Assembly (NCBI GenBank): GCA_016839765.1
Contig: JAEOTP010000069.1
Location: 32,001-96,000 of the forward strand
From: Promethearchaeota archaeon
Lineage (GTDB): Archaea; Asgardarchaeota; Lokiarchaeia; Sigyniarchaeales; SOKP01
Direction: 5' to 3'
DNA length: 64,000 nucleotides
The notes under the pieces are model-generated. The model had not been told where the DNA came from and did not search any database. It was given only the letters and a program-made list of their open reading frames with translations. The position numbers were made by a program, and so were the translations under genes. Below are positions 38,401 through 47,504 of the stretch, in pieces (the stretch's first letter is position 1; each line of letters starts with the position of its first letter).

Positions 38401-40446
38401 TTAAATTTCTTTTTCATCTGTTTCAAATAAACCAGAATATGGTTCAAGAAAATGATTCATACACATAGGACAGGTGTTTTGTTTTGTAAGCCAGTCAGCT
38501 ACGCATAAATAATGATATGTGCTTCCACAGAAAGGACATGTTATCAATTTATCTTTGGCAAAATTTATATTTTTATGGCAAACAGTACACTGTACTTTAG
38601 AGACCGCAACTCCTTGCCGAATTTTAACCTTCTTTGATACAATTTCTTCTAATTTGGCAACTTCTAACTGATATAAACCCAAACTTGCAGTTAATTGATT
38701 AATTTTCGCGTTGATCTCTAAAACTCGCTCTTTTAATTCATCCTCCGATAATCGTTCAGCCAAGAATGCGGATAATGCAAAATTTAATGGAAGCCCCTCA
38801 AAATTTTCTGTTTGTTTTGTTATTTCTGTTATTTCAGCAAATAAAATGGATTCCTCATCAATTAAGTCCTTAAAACTTTTAAAAATTTTATTAATGAGTA
38901 GAGTTAAAAGAAAAGTTAATTGCTGCTTTTTCCGGTTAAAATTTGTTTCCCAATGTTTAATGACATTGTACATATCAAAATTATTTTCTTTATATGTATT
39001 TAGTTTTATATATACTTCCTCTTTAATTTCATCGATTTTAGTTTTATAATTACTTAAAAGCTCTCGTATTTGTCTTAATTGTGGTAATTCTTCTTTAATT
39101 ACTTTAGAAGTTTCATCTTCATAAGAACTGATTAACTTATTAACCTCAGCGATCTTTCCATCAACGTAAGCTCTAATATCGACTCTTAATCCTTCATCTT
39201 TAATACTGTTCAAATAGATCTTATACTCATCTTTTCGACGATAAATTTCTGAAATTAAATTTGCAAGTGTCTTTTTTAATGAGTTAGTAATACTTTCATA
39301 GGGTTTTAAAAACTGGTCAAAATTTAAAAGCCAGGTGTCGATCCCATCAATTTTAGATGAGAGATTATCAATTTTTTCATAGTAAGAATTTACAATCTTA
39401 ACAAATTCATCAATATTTCGCTCATCTACCTCATTAATGATAGATTGGAATGTTTTATCTAATCCTAAAAAATAGTATTCAACAATTTTAGGTAGAAATT
39501 CTTTGAATTTTTCTTTCATTAGTACATTTACATCTGATTTTCCTTTCGGTCCTTCTAAATCGTATTTTTTATCAAGTTCGATAATTTCATTAAAAATCCC
39601 TTTCAATTTATCTTCAATTATAGAAAGGATAAAGGGACGCATTTTAGCTTTTAAATTATGAACAATATCTTTTCTTTCAACAATATTAATAAATTCTTCT
39701 CCTGCAAATTCCTCAAAGATATTATTTTTCTTTAACAAGAATATAAGATCCTCGTAAAAAGTTAATTTTTTGTCTTGTTTACTTAAAAAATATTGATAAA
39801 GCTCATCAAAGTGGAAAGTTATAACAACCTCTTTACGAGATCTAATTCTTATCTTGGTTTTTGCTTCTACTAAACTAGTTAGGAATATAAACAATTCCTG
39901 AATTTCTTTCCAATAATTTAGAGATTCTGGTATATCATTTAGTTTAAAGTTTAAATTTTTAATTTTATTTGCTTCTATCCATAAATATATATCATTATCA
40001 TAATCTTTTTCAATCTCTTTAGTATGTCTTCTTAATATTGAAATAAGTGTATCTGTTTCATTAATTAGATTGTTTGTATGAACCATAAAGTCATTAATAT
40101 GTTTATGATCTTTTAAAAACCGCTTAATATTTCTCCCGTTTGCACTTAAATTAGATAAATTACTGGATAATAATCTTAACTCCTCCTGGATCTCATTTTT
40201 CAAATTTAAATAAAAACTTTTTTCCGATTCTGAAACCAAATACAGTTCAATAAATTGCTTAATATTTTCAATATAATCGGTATATAAATCAAGAATTTCA
40301 GTATTAAATTGTGACTTTATAAATTTGTCTAGCTCAAGATTATCTGATTTTAATTTTAAAATTTGAGTTTTAATTTGCAGAATTTCATCCTGTTTAAAAC
40401 CCTTAATTTCTCTAGCATTATTGAAAGTGTTATTAAATATATACAT
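38401..40446 (-). CDS. Long helical/coiled-coil protein with C-terminal RING-type finger (candidate E3 ligase)
   Basis: C-x2-C-x13-C-x2-C-x4-H-x2-C-x3-WL-x5-CPMC at 38461-38589. Confidence 0.8.
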   Translation of the reverse strand: MYIFNNTFNNAREIKGFKQDEILQIKTQILKLKSDNLELDKFIKSQFNTEILDLYTDYIENIKQFIELYLVSESEKSFYLNLKNEIQEELRLLSSNLSNLSANGRNIKRFLKDHKHINDFMVHTNNLINETDTLISILRRHTKEIEKDYDNDIYLWIEANKIKNLNFKLNDIPESLNYWKEIQELFIFLTSLVEAKTKIRIRSRKEVVITFHFDELYQYFLSKQDKKLTFYEDLIFLLKKNNIFEEFAGEEFINIVERKDIVHNLKAKMRPFILSIIEDKLKGIFNEIIELDKKYDLEGPKGKSDVNVLMKEKFKEFLPKIVEYYFLGLDKTFQSIINEVDERNIDEFVKIVNSYYEKIDNLSSKIDGIDTWLLNFDQFLKPYESITNSLKKTLANLISEIYRRKDEYKIYLNSIKDEGLRVDIRAYVDGKIAEVNKLISSYEDETSKVIKEELPQLRQIRELLSNYKTKIDEIKEEVYIKLNTYKENNFDMYNVIKHWETNFNRKKQQLTFLLTLLINKIFKSFKDLIDEESILFAEITEITKQTENFEGLPLNFALSAFLAERLSEDELKERVLEINAKINQLTASLGLYQLEVAKLEEIVSKKVKIRQGVAVSKVQCTVCHKNINFAKDKLITCPFCGSTYHYLCVADWLTKQNTCPMCMNHFLEPYSGLFETDEKEI

Positions 40447-40604
40447 TGAAATACACCAAATTTATTGAGTTTGAATCACAAATTAAAAAATTTAACATTT
40501 AATAAAATTTTTAGCAATAAATAAGAATAAGATTTGAAATATTCAAACTGATAGGTTATAATAATATTATTACAATTAAAAATTTAAAAAAGAGATTTAG
40601 AAAG

Positions 40605-41225
40605 TTATTCTCCAAGTTCTTTAATTTCAATAAATTTCTCTTCTGCTCCTTCTTTTGAAATAATCAGTAAATCAATCCCATTTCCAGACATAGCATCTCT
40701 CTTAATAGCATTTCTTATAGCTTTTTCAACAAGTTTCTCGCCTTCAGCAATCGTCATACCTAGTTTATATTCTGCTTCCAAAATCCCATAAGACAAGAGC
40801 ATTCCTGTTCCAGCCGCCCCATAATCATCTGGCATTAAAGATCCAATAGCATCAAGCGTATACAATTTTGGACCATCTTTATCTAATCCTGCTACAATTA
40901 AATTAGTCAATAATGGCATCATCTTACGCGAGTATAAAAAATTCGAAACTAATTTAGCTAAACTCTGCGTACTTATTCGCTCACCAGCATCTAATTCGTA
41001 TAAATTAGCTTGAGCTCTTAATATTTTTACTAGAATTTGAAAATCTCCTATCAGTCCATATGCAGCCAAACCAATATGATCTATAATCTTAAAGACTTTC
41101 TGGGTGGACTTATTGACTACTGTATATCCCCACGTCGCTCTTCTGTCGCTACCAAGAATAACACCATCCTTACATTTGATAGCTATACTTGCTGCCCCGG
41201 GGATCATAATTTCCTGTTGACTCAA
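40605..41225 (-). CDS. psmB: Proteasome beta-type subunit lacking catalytic Thr1
   Basis: IKCKDGVILGSDRRAT, QKVFKI, YTLDAIGS and RDAMSGNG motifs; PG-AAS where TG-TTT is expected. Confidence 0.92.
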   Translation of the reverse strand: MSQQEIMIPGAASIAIKCKDGVILGSDRRATWGYTVVNKSTQKVFKIIDHIGLAAYGLIGDFQILVKILRAQANLYELDAGERISTQSLAKLVSNFLYSRKMMPLLTNLIVAGLDKDGPKLYTLDAIGSLMPDDYGAAGTGMLLSYGILEAEYKLGMTIAEGEKLVEKAIRNAIKRDAMSGNGIDLLIISKEGAEEKFIEIKELGE

Positions 41226-41348
41226 AAATAATAAACCTCAAAAAATAATAATTTCAATCTTGAATTAGTTATTATTTATAAATAATAAAGAATTAATTAA
41301 AATTTTTGTTTTAAAATATAAAATTCCTCGAATAAAGGGAAATAACAC

Positions 41349-42089
41349 TTATTTTTTTCTCATTATAAAGAAAGTATATCCATAATATTCTGAATAATTC
41401 CTAAACATTTTAATTTCTACACTAAATAACTTAAGCAATTCAAGTGTCTCATTATCATGTTGGTATTTTTTGTGTAATTTATTAATGTTTTTCTCTACGG
41501 GAATATAATAATTATCCCACCAGCTAGATTCGGGAATGTTAAAGTGGGATATCAAATTTAGTCCTTTAGAATTTATTGTTGTTTTATTTTCTTTTACACT
41601 TTTCATCACTGGATATTCGCTCATCAAGTAATCATATATTTCTTTCGGAGCGTTTTCCTTAAACCAACATAGCTCTGAAATCACGAGATATCCTTTTTCT
41701 TTAAGAAAAAACGGCCAATCTTCAAGTGCTTTTTCAAATCCGTAGATATACGCTGCTCCTTCTGACCAAATAATATCAAAACGATTAACCTCAAATTTCA
41801 TATCAAGCATAGATTGATTTATTGTAGTTATTCTGTGAGAAAAATTCAAATTCTTAACTCTTTTATCTAGCTCATCGAGATAAGGCTGATGGTTATCTAA
41901 TGCTATTATTCTTCCATTTGTTAACCTGGCTAGTTCTAATGTTTGCATACCATTACCACATCCCACATCCAAAATGCAAGGCTCTGAAGGTAATTCCATT
42001 AGATAAGAAAATGCATTTTTTGTAGATTCATTATCACCAGGTCCTTGTCTTGGCAAATCTGCATTAAATACTTCGTATATGATATCCAA
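41349..42089 (-). CDS. Class I SAM-dependent methyltransferase
   Basis: LPRQGPG, ILDVGCGNG and FDIIWSEGA motifs. Confidence 0.9.
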   Translation of the reverse strand: MDIIYEVFNADLPRQGPGDNESTKNAFSYLMELPSEPCILDVGCGNGMQTLELARLTNGRIIALDNHQPYLDELDKRVKNLNFSHRITTINQSMLDMKFEVNRFDIIWSEGAAYIYGFEKALEDWPFFLKEKGYLVISELCWFKENAPKEIYDYLMSEYPVMKSVKENKTTINSKGLNLISHFNIPESSWWDNYYIPVEKNINKLHKKYQHDNETLELLKLFSVEIKMFRNYSEYYGYTFFIMRKK

Positions 42090-42156
42090 ATTCTTACACT
42101 TTTTTATATTTTAGTACATTTAATCAATATAATAACATAAATTGTTTACTAAAGGT

Positions 42157-42819
42157 CTATTTGATAACTTTATAGCTTATTTCTTTGCCATTTTTATCAT
42201 AACATCTCACATTTTTTATCCCATAAGGGAATCCTATGATAAAGTGACAAAAGAATCCTTTAAAGATGCCCCTTAAATCTTGTAAGGAAGGATGAGGATT
42301 TCCAGAAGGATGTGAATGAACACTTGCTTGATAATAACGATCTAATGGAAGTCTAGATGAAGTAAAAATCCCTGATATTTTTGAGGTAAGGGTACCTGGA
42401 GGTAAAATAAACTCATTAAAAATTTCTTTTTCCATTTTTAAGATTCCTAAGATTTCTCTAGGATGATGTTCACGACATAATGTTATAATTCCTTCTAATA
42501 GCTCAGCTTTTATCAAAATTGTATTAGATTCTAAATTCTCAATAAAGGTTATGATTTCATTGATAATTTCTATAATTGGTTTAGGATTTTTTGATTTCCA
42601 CGTGTTTAAGGAATAAATAAGACGATCAAGTTTTTTATATATATCCCCATTCTGATTAATTAATTTTACTTTAGGTTTTTTTGGAAAATTTCTATAATCA
42701 ATTTCTAAAATAGTTCCCTTTTTTAATTGAATTGAGATATGTGAGATTAATTTGTTATAAATTTCAGCATTAGGAAAATGCTTTATGATGTTTTGATATT
42801 GATCTTCTATGCTATCCAT
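42157..42819 (-). CDS. UBC/UEV-like domain fused to a JAB/MPN+ (JAMM) metalloprotease
   Basis: C-half: HPRE...SVHSHPSG...PSLQD (intact JAMM). N-half: IDYRNFPKKPKV...LNTW...IIEIINEI (UBC-like, no Cys). Confidence 0.75.
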   Translation of the reverse strand: MDSIEDQYQNIIKHFPNAEIYNKLISHISIQLKKGTILEIDYRNFPKKPKVKLINQNGDIYKKLDRLIYSLNTWKSKNPKPIIEIINEIITFIENLESNTILIKAELLEGIITLCREHHPREILGILKMEKEIFNEFILPPGTLTSKISGIFTSSRLPLDRYYQASVHSHPSGNPHPSLQDLRGIFKGFFCHFIIGFPYGIKNVRCYDKNGKEISYKVIK

Positions 42820-42891
42820 TATTAGGAGTAAAAAAGGTTAGACACCAAAAGAATTTTCTGTTTTATAATATTCTTCTTAATAATTTTATTT

Positions 42892-42960
42892 TCAAATTTT
42901 AAACTTAAAAAAAAAGGAGTTGTGGAACCACACAATACCATTGACTTTTATCTTTGGCAA
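42892..42960 (-). other. 22-codon ORF with strong RBS (gene remnant or leader peptide)
   Basis: GGAGGT (complement of 42970-42975), then TTG: MPKIKVNGIVWFHNSFFFKFKI*. Confidence 0.4.
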
Positions 42961-43140
42961 TTTTAATCAACCTCCGAGTGTTTGTACATCTTAATTATAA
43001 AAACACAATTATGATTTATAAATAAAATTGCGTAAAAATAAAATATTTTTATCCTTAATATATCATTATTGTTGTTCCGACTACAATGAGGTAAATGATT
43101 TCGAAACTCAAATTAATGTTACTTTCTTAACTCAATCATG

Positions 43141-43530
43141 ACATAATAATTATGATCAAATATTTGGTGATATAACATTAAATGAGGATACAATTTTTTA
43201 ATTCAAAATTTCTTTAATCTCCATTCTATCATATAAAATTCAATATCTACCAAGAATTTTTCAATATGCATAATTGAATAATTTTGAGTCTAATAAATTC
43301 AATTCATCTTTTTTCAATGGTAAATAATATTATGATCTGATGGATCACCATGTGATACTTATCATGGATAATTTTTTTTGATTATATATTTTTTAATTCC
43401 CTATTGAATCATATTGAAATCAAAGTAAAAGACCCTACATTCTGTATTAATATTTGAATAATGGTGATACTAACAAAATTAATTCATTTTTGATGTGTGA
43501 TCAGTTTCTAATATATCACAGATGGTGACC
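43141..43530. promoter_or_regulatory. Cluster of repeated TGGTGA/TGTGAT motifs upstream of the histone gene
   Basis: TGGTGA at 43165, 43345 (minus strand), 43462 and 43523; inverted pairs ATCAC-CAT-GTGAT (43344-43356) and TGTGAT-N13-ATCACA (43496-43520). Confidence 0.4.
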
Positions 43531-43722
43531 GTTTATTCAAAACATTAATTTTTTGTCGTGATTTTTTATGCATTTATTTTCCCACCTTCTTCACACTACT
43601 ACGTAACATTTAAATAACTCTTCCGATATATTATTATCTAAGATACTCTAAAAATAACTTCAAAAAAAATTAAAAATTAAAAAGATAAAAAAATTTACAC
43701 AAAAAAGTGGAGGAATGAAATT

Positions 43723-43941
43723 ATGGCAAAAAAGAAACATTCATTCGCGTGGAGCCCCATCAGAAGATTAATGAAGCAGCAAGGCGCTAGCATTGTCGCT
43801 CGAAATGCAGTTGATTTATTAATTGATCACCTTGAAAAGACAGCAAGTGGTCTTACTGAACAAGCAAGAGCCTTTACAATGCATGCGAACCGTAAAAAGA
43901 TAACCAAGAACGATTTACTCTTGTCGATTAAATACAAATAA
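43723..43941 (+). CDS. Archaeal histone (HMf-like fold)
   Basis: SPIRRLMKQQGA.IV...A...HANRKKITKNDL aligns to HMfB; GGAGG RBS at 43709. Confidence 0.93.
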   Translation: MAKKKHSFAWSPIRRLMKQQGASIVARNAVDLLIDHLEKTASGLTEQARAFTMHANRKKITKNDLLLSIKYK

Positions 43942-43978
43942 ATAACTTTTGGATAAGTTGGGCTTCAAAAGGATAAAA

Positions 43979-44002
43979 TTTTCATTTTTTTTTCTTTTTT
44001 TT
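43979..44002 (+). terminator. Oligo-T archaeal terminator of the histone gene
   Basis: Two consecutive T8 runs about 40 nt after the stop codon. Confidence 0.55.
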
Positions 44003-44121
44003 ACTATTTGTTATTTCTATATTTTTTAATAATTCAAACAAGAGTTCAATAATTATTGGACTAAATATCTTTTAAGTAAATCCTTAGCTTTTTGATAATT
44101 AGTTTTATTTGAGTATTAAAA

Positions 44122-44477
44122 ATGATAGATTTACAAATTAAAAAACCTATCCATTTTATCGAATTAAATGGTAATCCTCATAGAGATGGAAATGTAGCTA
44201 CTTTAATGAATTGGGTTTTAAAGGGGTGTAAAGAAGCTGGAGCAAAGGTGGAATTGATTAATTTAATAGATCACCATATTCAATATTGTGAGCCGTTTCA
44301 TACCTGTATTCGTTCAAGTGATTGTTCTATCAATGATGGCATGATCAAATGCGTACTAAATTAATCAATTGCCGTGGAATTGTAGTAGGCTCTCCTGAAT
44401 AAACTGGCGGGCCTACTACTCAACTCAAAGCCCATCTTGATCAAGAAAGAGGATGGTTAAAAATAAAAAATAAATAG
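44122..44477 (+). pseudogene. Iron-sulfur flavoprotein / flavodoxin-family pseudogene
   Basis: Frame 1: NGNPHRDGN...CEPFHTC...CSIND. After a frameshift near 44342: KLINCRGIVVGSPE*TGGPTTQLKAHLD, with TAA (44400-44402) at the Tyr of the SPxY motif; truncated. Confidence 0.8.
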
Positions 44478-44494
44478 AAAGTAAAAATTTTAAT

Positions 44495-45412
44495 TCAATA
44501 CCAGTCTATATAACGGCTAGCCATTGGATTCTTATCCATACATTGAACTCCGAATTGACAAAACTCACACCCTACAGGAAAATTATGTGCTTTATATTTC
44601 CAATTAATGCGGCGACTATACGATTTAAGAATAGATCTAAGGCGTGGTACCATTTCTCTTGCAACTTTTACACGATATCTGTTACATTTTGTTTTATCAT
44701 AACCTTTCTCTGTAATCGCATTAGCAGGACATTTTTTTATACAATCTCTACAAGTTCCTTTTGCAAAATATAAACAATTTGCATATGGTTCATCACTTTT
44801 TCTTGGAGTCACTGTTAGCGGTGCATTTGTAATCACCGAAGCTAATCGAATATTGCAACCTGCTTCGGTAATAAGCCCTTCATGTAAACCAAAAGTTCCT
44901 AATCCTGCAGCAAAGGCAACATGGTTTTCGGACCATGTGGAATAAAAATCTTTTTTTGCAACTAATGTATAGGCATCGCTAAGTTTTCCAGAAATAGCAG
45001 TAAACCCCTTATTTTGAAAGAAGTCAATTGTTTGGCTCATTATATAATTCCTAAAATCCTTAGCAAAATTTCTGGCTACAGAATAAATTTCAGCAGGTAA
45101 AATCATTTTTGGTAATGTAATCGGGGTATTACTTTCCTTTCGAATATTATCAGTAAACGGAAATATTATAGATACTGTATGTAGATCAGACGCTGGTACT
45201 TGTCCTTGACCGCTCGCCATCCATATTTCCAAGGGTGTAAGATGTTCTGGCCCTACAGTCTCTTTAAATTTTTGAAAAATAGGATCGCTCCCTTGAGCAA
45301 TACCGATTAATGGATGAGAGAAAATTTTACCTCCTCCGTAATTCTCTGGGAGACGATTAAGATTACTATTTTCAAATTTTCCCTTTAAAAATTCTAATAA
45401 ATTTTCGTTCAA
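44495..45412 (-). CDS. QueG (epoxyqueuosine reductase)-like 4Fe-4S protein
   Basis: WSENHVAFAAGLGTFG, RLASVIT, C...CRDCIKKCPA and GCEFCQFGVQC motifs. Confidence 0.8.
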   Translation of the reverse strand: MNENLLEFLKGKFENSNLNRLPENYGGGKIFSHPLIGIAQGSDPIFQKFKETVGPEHLTPLEIWMASGQGQVPASDLHTVSIIFPFTDNIRKESNTPITLPKMILPAEIYSVARNFAKDFRNYIMSQTIDFFQNKGFTAISGKLSDAYTLVAKKDFYSTWSENHVAFAAGLGTFGLHEGLITEAGCNIRLASVITNAPLTVTPRKSDEPYANCLYFAKGTCRDCIKKCPANAITEKGYDKTKCNRYRVKVAREMVPRLRSILKSYSRRINWKYKAHNFPVGCEFCQFGVQCMDKNPMASRYIDWY

Positions 45413-45595
45413 AATTAATCAAAAAATATAAATTATATTGTTTTATAAAATATTGTCAAATTTTTATTTATTTTTTACTCAATTACTAAAAAAACTTTAT
45501 TAGTAAATCTTAAATATACAAAAATGTATATAAAACATCATATCTTAATTAATTATCACCTAAATTTACAAAATATAAATAATTGAGGTGGAAAA

Positions 45596-45889
45596 ATGGC
45601 TCTATTTATAATTCTTGGTAGGTATACCCAAGAGGGGATCAAAAACATTAAGGAGTCTCCGCAGCGACTTGAGGCCGCGAAAAAAGTAGCAGAATCAGTT
45701 GGGGGATCAATTAAAGAATTTTATTATACATTGGGGCGTTATGATTTTATTGCAATAACTGAGGCCCCCAATTATGATGCAGTGCTGAAGGCTCTTATGA
45801 CTATAGGTAGTACAGGTGCGATAAGAACAGAAACATTACAGGCAATCCCATTCGAAAAAGCAATAGATATCATCAAGGATTTGCCATAA
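45596..45889 (+). CDS. GYD domain protein
   Basis: YTQEG..NIKESPQR, YYTLGRYD and RTETL motifs; GAGGTG RBS. Confidence 0.88.
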   Translation: MALFIILGRYTQEGIKNIKESPQRLEAAKKVAESVGGSIKEFYYTLGRYDFIAITEAPNYDAVLKALMTIGSTGAIRTETLQAIPFEKAIDIIKDLP

Positions 45890-46027
45890 AGTTTCTTCAT
45901 CATATTTTTAAATTTCCTTTTTTTTATTCTTCATTTCAATTTCACATAATTAAAATTTAAGTCTGTTTATCTTTCGCAAATCCTATAATCGAAACAAAGT
46001 TAATCAAAAACAATCTCATTAATTATA

Positions 46028-46465
46028 TTAGTATGAGTAAAATATTTCTCCATCTTTGAATTGAGATCTAATTTCGTTATTACTGACTAACACTTGTAAT
46101 AAATCTTCTATAATGTTTTCATTGATTTCAATTAGATTTTCCTCATAGATTCTATTCAATAAAGCGTTAAGAGTAAAGGCTTTCCCTTTATTATTCTTTA
46201 AGAAATTAATAATGTCATCTATAACTTCAGTTTCAGTCTTTTTTTCTTTAATTGTATAAGTATTTGATGTTTTTTCTTGAAGACGATCTACTATCCGGAT
46301 TATTATCCCTATTATAAATATTATGCAGCCAATTACTAGCATTACAGCTATAAGGGTTCTGAATAATGCCCTCAAAAAAGGAACAGGTACATACAGTCCA
46401 TAATAAAAGCCAAAAATAGTGATTGCTGGTAATATAATAGCCGCTCCTATTATTATCAATATCAA
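46028..46465 (-). CDS. Two-TM membrane protein with C-terminal winged-helix-like domain
   Basis: Two hydrophobic helices; IINFLKNNKGKAFT...IEDLLQVLV...GEIFY. Confidence 0.65.
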   Translation of the reverse strand: MILIIIGAAIILPAITIFGFYYGLYVPVPFLRALFRTLIAVMLVIGCIIFIIGIIIRIVDRLQEKTSNTYTIKEKKTETEVIDDIINFLKNNKGKAFTLNALLNRIYEENLIEINENIIEDLLQVLVSNNEIRSQFKDGEIFYSY

Positions 46466-46685
46466 TCCTATCTTATCTAACTGCCTTATTTTAATTACAC
46501 CTCTTAAAAACTTTTAATTCTTTAATTGGATTCTTATGGGGTTATAAGAAAATCATCCTATAAAAATTAATACTTTGATAATTGGATTTTAAAAGATATA
46601 AATTAAAAATTATAATAACCCAAATATATTTTTAAATTCCTTCCTTACAAATATTGTATCTTCATAAGTGATAAGATGGTTTAAA

Positions 46686-47333
46686 ATGGCTGATAAAGTT
46701 AATGATGAGGTTAAAGTAAATGGTAAAGTTAAGGAAATTCTTTTTCGAGCTATGGAAATAATGATGAAAAATCTCAAAGATAATATGAACCATTTAAGTA
46801 AACCTAAATATTTTGCGCACACTCAAAAATTTATAAATTTGGTTTATGATGGTCTTGTAAATAAACGAAAATTTTTCTTACTAGCTTCTGGGAGGAGCGC
46901 ATTCATACTTCAATGCTTTGCTACGCGACTTGTCCATTTAGGTGCTAATATCTATATAGTAACCAATTTAGCTTCAATACCTGCGCTTACAAGTAAAGAT
47001 ATATTGATAATTTTATCAGGATCAGGAACAACGGAGATTGTTGTTTCTCTATTGAAGAATTATGTTAATAATGTAAAGCCTTATGGAATCGTGTCAATCA
47101 CCTCACACCCAGAATCAATAGTAGGGAGAATCTCAGAGATTACAATTAAATTAAAGGGAAGAACGAAAAGAGATAAGGTTGATCGCCATGATGATACAGC
47201 TCTTCTTACTCCAGAAGGCACAAATTTCGAGATTGCAGCATTTGTATATCTTGATTCTATTATAGCAGAGTTAGCGATAAAGATGGGTAAAGCCAATGAA
47301 GATCTACTTAAAAAACATTCAGAAACTATTTAG
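46686..47333 (+). CDS. SIS-domain 6-phospho-3-hexuloisomerase-like protein
   Basis: SGRS...FATRLVHLG, LSGSGTT and PEGTNFE motifs; ATG at 46686 preferred. Confidence 0.82.
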   Translation: MADKVNDEVKVNGKVKEILFRAMEIMMKNLKDNMNHLSKPKYFAHTQKFINLVYDGLVNKRKFFLLASGRSAFILQCFATRLVHLGANIYIVTNLASIPALTSKDILIILSGSGTTEIVVSLLKNYVNNVKPYGIVSITSHPESIVGRISEITIKLKGRTKRDKVDRHDDTALLTPEGTNFEIAAFVYLDSIIAELAIKMGKANEDLLKKHSETI

Positions 47334-47504
47334 CACCTCTTGTTTTCATTTTAAGATTAGCTTTTTTCTTCGTAATTGTAGACCTAATTAATTTGATAGG
47401 GTAAAAATTATTTAGTGAGGTAACAATATTTAATTTGCGCTGATTTATAGTGTTTTTATGAGATTTAATTTCGATGACTAAAAATCTCCAAATCAGCGCA
47501 CATT

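Noticed and set aside
42820-43722. Replication origin or structured ncRNA in the long intergenic region
   Set aside because: No orc1/cdc6 gene nearby, no ORB-like G-string repeats and no GC-rich stems; kept only as a motif-cluster finding
44400-44402. Recoded stop in the flavoprotein gene
   Set aside because: The stop is TAA at a Tyr position and is accompanied by a frameshift, so this is decay rather than Sec or Pyl
44495-45412. Reductive dehalogenase
   Set aside because: Short, no Tat signal and no adjacent RdhB-like anchor; only the QueG-like/Fe-S motifs are supportable
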